DNA from: Trichosphaerium sp. ATCC 40318
Lineage: Eukaryota > Protista > Tubulinea
Reading direction: 5' to 3'
DNA: 64,000 nt
Assembly (NCBI GenBank): GCA_038496445.1
Contig: JALMLS010000277.1
Span: 62,001-126,000, forward strand
In this document: positions 1 through 11,119 of the stretch, one piece after another
How positions within the stretch are numbered: position 1 is the stretch's first letter
Layout: each line of letters begins with the position of its first letter
The notes under the pieces: model-generated
Database searches by the model: none
Seen by the model: the letters and a program-made list of their open reading frames with translations, nothing else
Told to the model about the DNA's origin: nothing
Made by a program: the position numbers and the translations under genes

Positions 1-904
1 ATTCCACTTAACAAAACCAGTTAAAAACTTCGAAAATCATGCAAAACAAGAACTCACTGCAAATACTTCCACCAACAGTTACCTACAAAAAAAAACAAAG
101 TGAGCGAAAATCTTTAACATCAACACGAGATCACAGAAACAAAAAACTACGCACGTGACCAGTATGAAATTGAAAACGAGGTCTTACAACACGTATAAAC
201 GGTGGTCGCCAAGGAAAGTTTTGTGGAAACGTAATGCACAATTCTACGCTGTCCTGAACACAAAAAAAAAATTAAAAAAAAGCAGCTAAAAGTTGATTCT
301 GTCTTGACTGTTGACAGGATCCGTACATATCCGTATTTTTGTTTGTGTGCAGCTAAGTCCTTGGAAGAGTTATACACTAGCAATTTATTCATCAGTTTAC
401 CTTGCCAAGTGCTGTGTCATCTCCGAAATTAAAAAACTTTACAGACCATTTATAAAGGTTATCATCGATGGGTTCTGCTGTGAAGCCCTATTTTTAAGAG
501 AATAAAAAGTAAGAGAACGGTTTTTTTGAGCGGTAATAATTAAAACTAAAAAGGAGTCGCGGTGGCGTTTGTATACGCTCGTAGTTAATGAATATGCATA
601 TTACAGGCACGTACAAATTGCTCAGGATTCAATTTGCTTATTTTTCTAAATTCCTTCACCAGGCGCTTTGCAGCTGGCCCACTACCTGTTCCTGTAAAGA
701 ATTGCCTTATAATGTCAATAACCTACAATAAACTAATATTCTTACTCTGCATTCGAAAGCTACACGCTCGTTAGTTAACTGTGACACGTTTATACCAAAT
801 TGCACCTTGTCTTTCTTTTTTTTCTTGGTAGCATTTGTTTTAACACCTGGCGCTACTGCACTTTTATTCACCTTTATCTTGTCACCCTTGCCTTTCTTGC
901 TCAT
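1..904 (-). CDS. Ubiquitin-conjugating enzyme E2, UBE2Q-like (multi-exon; 3' end runs off the window)
   Basis: Spliced translation: MSKKGKG...GSGPAAKRLVKEFRKISK...FTAEPIDDNLYKWSVKFFNF...VELCITFPQNFPWRPPFIRVVRPRFQFHTGHVTVGGSIC. The PPFIRVV.PR...GHVT.GG.IC catalytic segment is typical of UBE2Q-type E2s. Confidence 0.85.
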
Positions 905-1125
905 TGCTTTTCAACGTGTTTGAAAGAAACGCGTTGAACTTCGCTTTTTACTACTGCCACAGCAGTGTTTTTTACAATTAATGGGCGCAACACATGAGCG
1001 AAGACCCTGATTCAAAGCTGAACGCATTTTTAGTACGTTGTTCTGTTTTATCGATTTTTTGCAAACGGATCAATTAGGCGTCTTCCGCGTGTCAGCGGTT
1101 GCGCGCACATGCCAGCGAGCGTAAA

Positions 1126-2972
1126 ATGGCGACAAAATACGATGAAGGTAATCGTGAAATTGTAAACTAGCACATGAATAACAACTTTTGGTAGATATAT
1201 GGGGATTCTCATGGATGTACCCTTTAGAAGAGTATCTAGGGACAAGGGTTAATTTTCACAACATGAAGCACCAAGAGAGGCTACAACTCTTTTTCAAGGT
1301 TTGTTACGAATACACTACATTTCCTTACGTCTTTTTATCAGGATCTACGCATTTCAAGCATTATCATTGCCAAAGTATTGTCGGTCGAATCGTATGGGTT
1401 GAGAACTGCGATAAGCACTGTTTGTGATAGAGGAGAGAAATCTTTAACTTTTAAACTTGAAGATTTGAGTATTTGTGTACGCAAACTCAAACCAAGCCAT
1501 TTCTGACGCTGTACTAGGGTGTTATACCTCTGAGTGAACTCTCAGAATTCTATGTTGCATCACCAGCGTCTTTACTAAACGATTACCAACGCGGTGACTA
1601 CGTCAAAGGTAACAGGAGTCTTTGAGAGTATTTTTCCTTTAAAAAACAAGCCACCACTTTCTCAGATTGCTTTATTCTTTTTGACACTTTAATAGCTGCC
1701 GTGAGTGCTGTATCCCGAGAGAGTCATTCTCTCACTCTTACATTGAAAAAAAGTAGTGTTAATATACCAATGTATAGCCGACATCATAGTCTCGTAAGCC
1801 ACTGTTTTCAAATGACAACAAAAAAATTAATCAAAGTTGTCACAGTTTTTTTGTTCATCTCAAAAAACATTTCACTTTTTTCTTTCTTTGAATCAACTTT
1901 TCTCATTGGTATATTCTCGAGGGGTTGACGAACTCACCAGATACAATAGATATAGAAGAGTACGGGTTTATTTAGGGTTAACATTGTAGTTTTACTTACG
2001 TTAAGTTATAGAAAGCGCTTATCATTCAACGATCAATTAGTTGCAGATCCAATGTTTCATAACCCAAAAGCGTTGGATTTTATGGTCGCTAGTACGTGCG
2101 TGTTAGAGCACGGTAGTTTTTTCCCAAAAGAGGAAATAAGACAAGAGGACTACTATGATAAGCTTCGTATTGCGCAGACAAGAGAATGGTCTCAAGACAT
2201 GTATGTACACGCCATTTATAAAGCCAAAAAGACCTCAAGGAGAAAACTAACTATTTTTTTTCTTGTTGTAGAGTTGTTACAGGGATAGATATGGCGAAAA
2301 AAGGAGACTTGAAAAACGCCGTAAGGCAGTACAATGATGCTTTAAAAATCGACCCATATAATGCAGATGCCTATACTGCAAAAGGGGCTGCGTACGTTGC
2401 TTGATGTGGGCCTGCGTTCTCATCGACATACCGAGATTTGTTAATTTGGACATGGGGAAGGAAGCAATCCTAGAATTTGAGAAAGCTCTTGGTATAGATC
2501 CAAATCATGTCAACGCTCAGAAGTATCTCGATATAGCTAAAGAAAGGGTACGTTTAGGGCTTTTTTTGTTGTTTTTTTAAAACGGCGTGTATTCGCTTAG
2601 AATTCATTTTTTATGTCTTAGTTGAAGAAGAAAGAGGTTATAAGAGAGAGAGCGGCAAAGAATAAGCCTGTTGAAGGAACTAAATATGATTCCGTCTACG
2701 CGCACCTGAAAAACTTATTAGAGAATCAAAGCGGTTCTTCCTATAGTTCTAAGCGTAGTAAGAAGCATAAGAAGAAGAGAAGCAAGAAAAGGAAAAGCGA
2801 AAGCTACAGAAGAATGTCAGAAAGAGCTAACCGTAAATCATGGATGGACTCGGATTCAGACTCTGGTGAGTATAAGCGTGGTAGGTCAAACTCTCGTGAA
2901 AGATTATCTTCTTCGAGATCACCTAGAACTAAACGTAGAAGATGCTCATCGCGGTCACAGTCACCATTATAG
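1126..2972 (+). CDS. TTC14: TTC14-like protein (S1-like region, TPR repeats, Arg/Ser-rich tail); multi-exon
   Basis: TPR exons read GIDMAKKGDLKNAVRQYNDALKIDPYNADAYTAKGAA and AILEFEKALGIDPNHVNAQKYL. Upstream are GLLPLSEL and YQRGDYVK (S1-like) and MFHNPKALDFM. The last exon (2622-2972) is RS/K-rich. Confidence 0.75.
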
Positions 2973-3613
2973 ATAATACGAGGGGATTAATTGTTATATT
3001 GTTGTAATTTTATTTATGCATGTTTCTCTGAAGGAAATAGTTGGTTTTGCTGCGCATTTTTGTTACTCGGCGGCATCGATGCCACCCTCAACAATTTTTC
3101 TTTTTGTCAAAAAAAGTCGAATTCATTGTGGTCAATAAATTTGTTTTGAAATGGTTACTTTACAGTTGCTTTTTTGTATTTTGAGGGACTTGACGAGGGG
3201 TAACTATTAGTAGTGTGTCACCATATGTATGTAAGTGCATGTTACCGTACTTGAGGAACCTGTAGGCTATAGATAACTGCGACCGCAGTATTGTACGTGC
3301 ACATGTTTGCACATTTGCCAGCGGGTAAAGAGCTCCGCCTTCACAAACGCACTTTAAAACCGAAATACGCCTACACGTGCGTGTGTTTAATTCTGCTTGA
3401 AATCTAAAACGCACAAACTGGAGAATGGCTAGCGATATTTGTCCTTGCGCTAGTTGGGTTTTTTTGCTCTCAAGGGCTAAGAAGTTAAATACAGGTTTAT
3501 TGGTACAACTTTGACTAGCGCACCGTTCGGGGATACATTAGCCGTAGCAATTTTATTTGTGTGATAGAAAACCCACAAAGCCAGTATTAAAACAGTGGAA
3601 TTACACGAGTCAC

Positions 3614-5642
3614 ATGCGATCTCTAATCATCATATCCTTTGCCCTTATAGCATCTTTAGCATATGGTATAGTATACACCTTTTCTAAAGTTTGACCCAAA
3701 CGTTGTACTACGATAACTTATCCTTTTTTCGCAGTATGGGCTACTGACAACACGTTGATAACACTTGCGCCTGTTGCGCCAGCTACGAGTATCATTTCTA
3801 GAAAAACAGCTGCTGGGAATATTGGCAATAGAGGACAAGTTTTATGTACAGTAGGAGTAGCTACTATAAATAATGTCGTATCTGGTCTCTCGATAACTAT
3901 AGGCACTCAAGAAGGTAAACTGTTTTGTGACCTTTTTTTTTTGAAATCCATTAAAATTACTCTGCTAACAATCGCTCTAGAAATTGCTAATGGTGGTTCC
4001 ACTACTCTTTTCTACAGGGGTAGCCCTATACAGCTTATTGGCGTTATCCATGCTGACACCGAGTTTGGTATTCTCATTAAAGTTGTTAATGTAAACAGCC
4101 TATTGAGAGTTCGCTATGTTTCTGGGGTACCTAGAAATCCATAAAAACGAGTCGACTAATCTTTTTCAGAGCTACAGGATTGTACGTAAGGTTATGACTG
4201 AAACTGGTTTTGAGGATTTCGGCTACAATCCAAGTACGTTCCATCCGAACTTGCACTTTGTGAATCAATAACGTTGGTTCGTAGTCGACAATAAGTACTT
4301 GCTCATACGAAGAGCTGGAAATACTATCGTCCCTACGTTCTTCGACAAATCATCTGGCGCTGTCACAACATCGAGCAGTATAGGTACGTAGTATTTTTGG
4401 AGTCAAAAAGTAATAACATTGATTAGCAATATCTGGGTTTTTTTCTGCTCAGCTTGTGTTTGGTAATGGCGTCTTTTACTATTTTTACCAAGGTGGTAAC
4501 AACCTAAAGGTGACAATAATAGGAACATCGGTATGCTAGTCGTAAAGAAACTACAATGTAGTAACACGTGTATTTGTGTAGATTGATACAACTGTGATAC
4601 CGTTTGGATCTAACGGTGTTCCTGTTCATGAAATCGCTTTTGATTTCGATACAAACACATTTTGTATAAGTTTCGCTTATCACAATCGTCGGGAGCAAAC
4701 TCCAAGTGTCAGATTATTCACTATCAATCCTACAAGTGGTGCTGTTTCTTTAAGAGGAGGAAGAAGATCTTTGAGTGCAGCCCAACCTTTGTTCTTTCAA
4801 TCTACAAATGTTGCATATGCTCCAGGTATCAAGAGGTTTATTGCCAACATTAACGGACTCAATGGATGGCGAATTGCTACTATTACAAGCACTGGTAGTG
4901 TGGCAACAAAGGCGCTCCCTTCAGGAGGAAACTTTGCTACGACGGCGACCTGGATTAATTCACCTTCGGCAACATGTGGTAGAGCAGTGGTGCGCTTGTC
5001 TTGTTGTTTCTTTAAAGCTTTGTTTAATGAAACATTGGTAGCTAAGTTCACGGGGTGACCGTATTTTGTTTTTAAGTGAAGCGTTTGGAGCCTTTACATG
5101 TGCTACTCTTGCAGTTCCAGGAAGGATTCAAGCAGAAGCATTCACAGGTTCTTTTGATAGATCATCTGCAAACCTAGGTTAGTACTTTTTCAAAACACTT
5201 ACTGCATGTCTTTGTACTAAAAATTGTAGGTGGAGCAACATGTGGTGCTATATTAACTAATCCACGAGTTGATCTCGAATTAACAAGTGATGCTGGCGGT
5301 GGATGTAACGTTGGTTACATCGATAGCCACGAGTTCCTTGAGTATGATGTTAACGTTGCTGCTACATCAAACTACCGTGTTAGAGCCCGCGTTGCTTCGG
5401 CTGGCACGGGAACAAGACGTATCCAAGTTCTTGTGGATGGTACAGCAAAGGCCACAATATCTTATACCAGCACTGGTGGTAAGTACAAGGTTTGACAATT
5501 TGCATTAAAAGTTTTAGGATGGCAATACTGGAGAACACGTTCAAAAAATATTGGAAGTATATCAGCTGGGTTACATACCATCACCTTAAAGTTTATAACC
5601 AATGGACAAAATTTTAACTACTTTGATGTTGTAGCAATTTAG
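3614..5642 (+). CDS. Secreted protein with an unassigned beta-rich N-terminal region and a C-terminal CBM6-like carbohydrate-binding module; multi-exon
   Basis: Signal peptide MRSLIIISFALIASLAY. C-terminus: VPGRIQAEAF...VDLELTSDAGGGCNVGYIDSHEFLEYDVNVAATSNYRVRARVASAG...TGGWQYW...SAGLHTITLKF..NGQNFNYF, which fits the CBM6 consensus. Confidence 0.8.
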
Positions 5643-6094
5643 TAATAAACCAATACACAGCATTTCAATATTCTTGTCTTCAGATTGTTTTGACAGTTCA
5701 AGTTTTGAGATGTGATTTTTATTGCTATTATTGTACACTACACTTCGTATACTTTGAGTACTGATACTACAGGTAGATTACACCAAGGCCATTTAGCGAC
5801 CTTATGCATTCGTAACAAAGACCTTGGTGTCTTATTAAGTCCATTAGACACGTGAAAAATCTTCCCTCACATGATGAAGAAATGGGGGTTTACTTTTCAG
5901 TTTTATTAACCAGCTTTACTTCTAATATACGCGCTTTTAACACGTATTAAACACCATATAATCCTTAAGTTAGTGCACTAAACTTAAAATAGGACACGCG
6001 CCACTGTAGCTTTTGTGTTGCACACTTTTTCTTGTGCACGTTTTACTCTGTTTCCTAGTAAGACATAATCAACAAACCACCCGTGCCATCAAAT

Positions 6095-7657
6095 ATGTGG
6101 CAACAAATCGCTTTCATGACGACATACTTGCTAATCGTGGCGCTTATGATACCGACCATGGCCGGTGAAACAGCATTGCAAGGATTGTACACAACAAATA
6201 CAGTCCTAACAGCTGACGGTAGCCCGTACTACACTAACGGCACCATATATATTGTAAACACAGTTTTGACTATAGAACCTGGAGCTACTCTTCTTGTTGC
6301 AACTTCACCTGCGTGCGATGACACCGAAAGAATTGTATTCAGAGGAACGGCCTCTTTCAAGCTTTTGGGAAACGCAACGCACCAAGCACGTGTACAATGG
6401 AATCCAAACGTTACAAGGGCGTGTTGGTATCATTTTGACTATCAAGGCGAACCTGAAGGAGGTATACAAGTAATAGCTCAAAACGCAAGCATACAGTCCA
6501 TAAACATGGATTCTTTACTTCCCTCAACAATGAACAACACAGAAATACAAGACTCAACATTTGTTTTTTCACCTGTGGCTGGATTGAGCCGTCTTTCTTC
6601 AATCCGTGCAAACAAAACAATTTTCGTAACATTAGACCCTCATCGTCACAATGTAACTATTGAAAACGGGACCCTATTCAATTCTTCCAGCACTTTTGAT
6701 GAACACACTCAATATGACCCTTGCCCATACCATTTTATAAACACAACACTTGTTAATAATGACACGGACACAAGCACTCACGATGTTAATGGGATATTTG
6801 ATGAATGTAATGTTACAATTACGCAAGGAGACAGACTTTATGTTTTTGGAGCAACAAGGTCAAACTTCTCTGGTAATGCTTCAATCGAAGTCCTGCCTTC
6901 TCGTTCGCTCGATATCAAAATGTCAACTTTTGCTCTAGAAGATTTTTCTTCTTGTGTTTTAATTCACGGAGGTCCATTCTTTGATAACGTTGTTCGTTCT
7001 CATAGCGTTGAAATAACAACAAACAGATTATATTTTGTTAGCAGCGCAATCACAGAGATCTATAATAATACCTTTTCAGTACAAGAAACTTCTATCCATC
7101 CTTCACTTTATCCACAAAATCCTTTCATTGTTTTTGACAATGACTTTTATGGCAAAGTGAAAATAGAACGTATCACGATCACACAAAATCGGTTCCATAA
7201 TGCAACAGTAGAGCTGGGCAAAGAAGCTTTTGAAATAACAAGAAACGCTTTTCTGAATTCCTCAAGGCTTGTTTTGGGTCAGGATGATGTGGATGCTTCA
7301 GGAAACTTTTGGGAAACAACCAATATTACAGAGATTAAATCACGTGTTTGTGATTTTTTTTGTAACCGCACCCTTGGCCTTGTCAAACTCTTGCCAATTC
7401 TTTCTGTACCACCAATATACACCAACAAAACCACAGGAAAACCGACCGTAGCTCCCGTTTCACCAACATATGCACCAACATATGCACCACCAACTGCCGC
7501 ACATGCTGCTCCTACTGGTGCTTCCAGTAATACCACAACTGATGCTCCGACTACTTCACCACCAGTGCCACCAACAACATTACCACCATTAAGTAGTGCT
7601 AAGAAACATATGGTAGAATTCCTGTGGCTTTTCGCTATTGTGATTGGTTTAATATAA
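6095..7657 (+). CDS. Intronless secreted right-handed parallel beta-helix protein with a Pro/Thr stalk and a probable GPI-anchor signal
   Basis: Uninterrupted ~520 aa ORF. Signal peptide; TVLTADGSPYYTNGTIYIVNTVLTIEPGATL and DASGNFWETTN..EIKSRVCD motifs of PbH1 proteins; many NxS/T sequons; PT-rich linker; hydrophobic tail. Confidence 0.8.
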   Translation: MWQQIAFMTTYLLIVALMIPTMAGETALQGLYTTNTVLTADGSPYYTNGTIYIVNTVLTIEPGATLLVATSPACDDTERIVFRGTASFKLLGNATHQARVQWNPNVTRACWYHFDYQGEPEGGIQVIAQNASIQSINMDSLLPSTMNNTEIQDSTFVFSPVAGLSRLSSIRANKTIFVTLDPHRHNVTIENGTLFNSSSTFDEHTQYDPCPYHFINTTLVNNDTDTSTHDVNGIFDECNVTITQGDRLYVFGATRSNFSGNASIEVLPSRSLDIKMSTFALEDFSSCVLIHGGPFFDNVVRSHSVEITTNRLYFVSSAITEIYNNTFSVQETSIHPSLYPQNPFIVFDNDFYGKVKIERITITQNRFHNATVELGKEAFEITRNAFLNSSRLVLGQDDVDASGNFWETTNITEIKSRVCDFFCNRTLGLVKLLPILSVPPIYTNKTTGKPTVAPVSPTYAPTYAPPTAAHAAPTGASSNTTTDAPTTSPPVPPTTLPPLSSAKKHMVEFLWLFAIVIGLI

Positions 7658-7957
7658 TCAATTTTCTTAATAAACACCTTTAACCTTTTGTATGTTTCAG
7701 TTAAGAAACAAATAATAAGAAAGTGGCCTTAAACAATTCCAACTATTGTACCTGTACACTTCATCTGTTGTCTTACAATAACTCAATTTGACTTTTTATA
7801 CACCAACAAGTGCTTTTAACCCTAGTAATACATCTATTTGGCTGTGAGGCTCGCGATGCGGTCACAATCAGCTTGTTAAGTTGGCGTTAATTGCACATAC
7901 GCCACTATCAAATATTTATAAGCTGAATCGTTTATTCATTTGTTACCAGAACACTTA

Positions 7958-10300
7958 TTAAGGAGGAGTGCCCGAAGCGGCACATCTTACTCTGTCGATA
8001 GCACACCATTGTACTTTATAAACGCTGCCATCTCCAATAGGGTGGGAATCAGCCCACACGCCACCAAATCCAGCTGCAACTGTCTGTTCATCGAGATGTA
8101 ATTCAACATGGCGAGGGCCACCAGCACCATGGTAGTAGCACCACATGTGGGTATGAAATAGATTATTCACTCTATTCACACGTGTGACAACATGAGTTAC
8201 TCTCCATGCCCGGCCAGGTACTGCTGGACAATGGAAAACAGGGGTTTGGAGCTCAATATGATCAAGTAATACTTGAGTAGTACCCGTTGGGCTGTTTTGT
8301 TGGATCATAATACCAGATAGGCTTCTTCCTTGAACACCCAAATATGCAATTGGCACTGTTACCTATGTTTTTTGCTTTTAGGAACTTTAATCACCTTGTA
8401 GAGTTATGTACCTTTGTGTATCCATTAGAAAATACTTGAGGAACATTGTATCCAGGTCCCTGGATATTAGCACCGTTGTTTACATAACCCCCGATCTTTA
8501 ATTTGAGTGTAGGACTGGCACGAATCCAGAAAGACAAAACAGTGCCGTGAAGGCAATTGCCGTGTTTACAAGTGAGTTTCAGGCCAGCATAAGGGCCGTT
8601 TGGGTGCCACTATATTAAGTATTAGATCACATTAGTCAGTTGTATCAAAAATGTACCGCAAGAGATCTTGCGCCACAATATGGTGACCCTGCTTGTGCAT
8701 TAACGCCAGAACCCCAATGGTGTACAACAATGCCTGCATTCAAACTGTCACCAAAGAGAAGATGCCCTGTATCATACTGTAAGTTGCCGTCAAATGTACT
8801 TGATATAATACGTACCCGCACGTGTGCAACCTGAACGGGGTTGAGGAGGTGGAGGTGGAGGTGGAGGTGGTCCTTGTGATGCACTGCATTTCATGTAAGG
8901 TTTCAACCAGTTTATTTGCCCAGGATTAAAGTTAATTCTTGCTTTAGGCGACAAACTAAACATGTAGTCTCCCCAGCTTTCACCAGCTGCCCACCATGTC
9001 CAACCCATGTAAACATCTGGATTCTGTTCCATATGGCTAAAGCATAACGATGAATATAACTGTATAAAATAGGTATTAAAAGGAAGTAGAAGACGTACTT
9101 TAACACTTGTTTAATGCAGCGTTTACAGTTCGGTGAATCAGCGCCAGCGAACTCTCCCAAGAATGCTCTGTGTCCGTTTTGTTTGGCCCAATTTGTGAAA
9201 CCAGTGAGTTGGTGTGCGCAATTCTCTGTGCTGCAAGCTTTATTGGTACCAGAGTGGTCATAATCGAAGTAGTTATGGATCTCGATTGCATAGTTTTTAT
9301 CATTGAAGTTCTTGAATGCAGCGCCATTTCTAGGAAACCATCATTAACCTCTAGACTTTATGCACATTAGTGAGCACGTACTGTGACCATTGTTTAGTCC
9401 ATGAATGGCCTCCACTCCAGTGATTACCAGGTACAAGGATGAGATTATTTGCTCCTGTACTGCGAATAGCAGCAGTGACACGGTCGGCCATGCCTTTCCA
9501 GCCCCAGGTACCAAAAGGAAGGTCGTGTGGTTCATTCATTAGACCCTATAAGTTCAATTAGCACAAGACTGAATCGTGGATGTGTAACGTACGAAAATGA
9601 CACGGTCATTGTTTTTGTAGAGATTAGCGAGCTTTACCCACAAGTCAATGAAATGTGCTTCTTTAGCTTCTCCGATACCAATAATGTCTCCATCTCCTCC
9701 CTTAGCGTGTTTATTGCGCGAGTACCGCAAGCTATACGACATAAGCATACGTCGTGTCTCATAGAACATACTAGTTGTGGGGATCGAGGATGACCTTGGC
9801 TCCTTTTTGAAGCATCATATTTACAGTGTTCTTTAAACCAATAAAGTACGCCTCTTCAGCGCCTCCACCTAGTCTTATCCCAAAATTCCTTGGTTGTTGT
9901 AGCCGTTCCCATAGGAATGGAAGACGAAAGACGCACATACCCTTGAGGTAAAGTTAGCCAAAAGTGTCAAATATAGGGCCAAAAGTAACTAGCGCGTACC
10001 GTGGACATGAAATAGTCAACTGTCTGCGCTGTAGGCCAGTAAGTGTTATCTGCAAACTCTATACGCGGTTAGCAAGCAAACACTCGTTGTGACGCGGAGG
10101 AATAGCAAGCCGCTTGCGTATGTACCTCCTCCAGCCAGGTTTATGCCTAAGTAAGTTAGATTGCACACCGTATAAAAAAGAAACGTACCATACATCTGTA
10201 ATGAGGCGAGTGCTCCATAGAACGAGAAGAGAAGTAAACTGATAGATAGTTAATTATAAGATGGGGTTTAAAATGTGTACAGTGCCGCGATTCCCTTCAT
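7958..10300 (-). CDS. Secreted GH5 endoglucanase (cellulase, GH5_5-like) with a poly-Pro linker, a CBM-like beta-sandwich and an unassigned C-terminal domain; multi-exon
   Basis: MKGIAALLLLFSFYGALA signal; YGINLAGGEF, FRLPFLWERLQ, LMNEPH (acid/base), AFLGEFA (nucleophile), GWTWWAAG, then GPPPPPPPPP. Confidence 0.92.
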
Positions 10301-11119
10301 AGCGAATACAGGCGTTATAGGCGTGTTTTGTGAAGTTTTGTCTTCTTACAGTGAGTGTACAATGAGTGCAATAGGTATCGTTTAAGGTCAAGCAAAAGTG
10401 AGTGCTGACGTGCTACGATGTGTGGTGTTTCAGTCCAATTTTGGGGGTGTACTAAAGCGGTTAATTCACCAAAAAAGGTAAAACCTGGGTAGGTATTTAG
10501 CGCACGCTCGGAAACATGTACTCTATCTCATACACTCCCAAAATAATACTGTCAAGAGATGACATTAGCGTTTGAAATGTTATGGAAGCCATTCAAAATC
10601 GCACGAAGAGCCCTACGACGAACAATTAGTGCACGCCAGCAGGAGGTTTTAATTTTAGACAAATGGAGCCTGGTTTCTTTAGCTCTGTCTCTGAGTTACT
10701 TGTTGAAAGGTGTCGACTTATTGCAAACCCTCATTGATACCTCCTCTCCTAGAGAAATCGGATTTCAACATGGTTGTTTCCTTTTTTTTTCTGACCAGCT
10801 TTTTCAAGGCGCACTTGAAATTACTAGCACCACAAAATCATCTATTCAATGACCTATTTAATTCGCAGTATGATAGAGATCCGGTTACATGTTTGTAAGT
10901 GCGAACGTGGCTGTACACAAAAACTTAGAGGAAAAAAAATAAAAAGCTGTTTTGGCGCTTTAATTTCACGTGTTTTTCCAAGTAAACATACGCAATATGT
11001 ACGTTACAAATTAATACAAAATATGAGTTTAATTGTGGATAATATTAAGGCCAGGAAAATGACTTATGCTCAGTTTTTTTTTTACGATTTTTACATGAAT
11101 TGATTGGTGCGCACTCCAC

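Noticed and set aside
3069-3086. GC-rich palindrome ggcggcatcgatgccacc as an ncRNA or terminator
   Set aside because: Too short, no loop and no recognisable RNA family features.
7279-7677. 132 aa minus-strand Gly/Val-rich ORF
   Set aside because: Antisense shadow of the Pro/Thr-rich stalk of the beta-helix gene.
10559-10852. 97 aa ORF between the cellulase and the kinase
   Set aside because: No motif, no supporting exon chain and no coding-like composition; probably intergenic.
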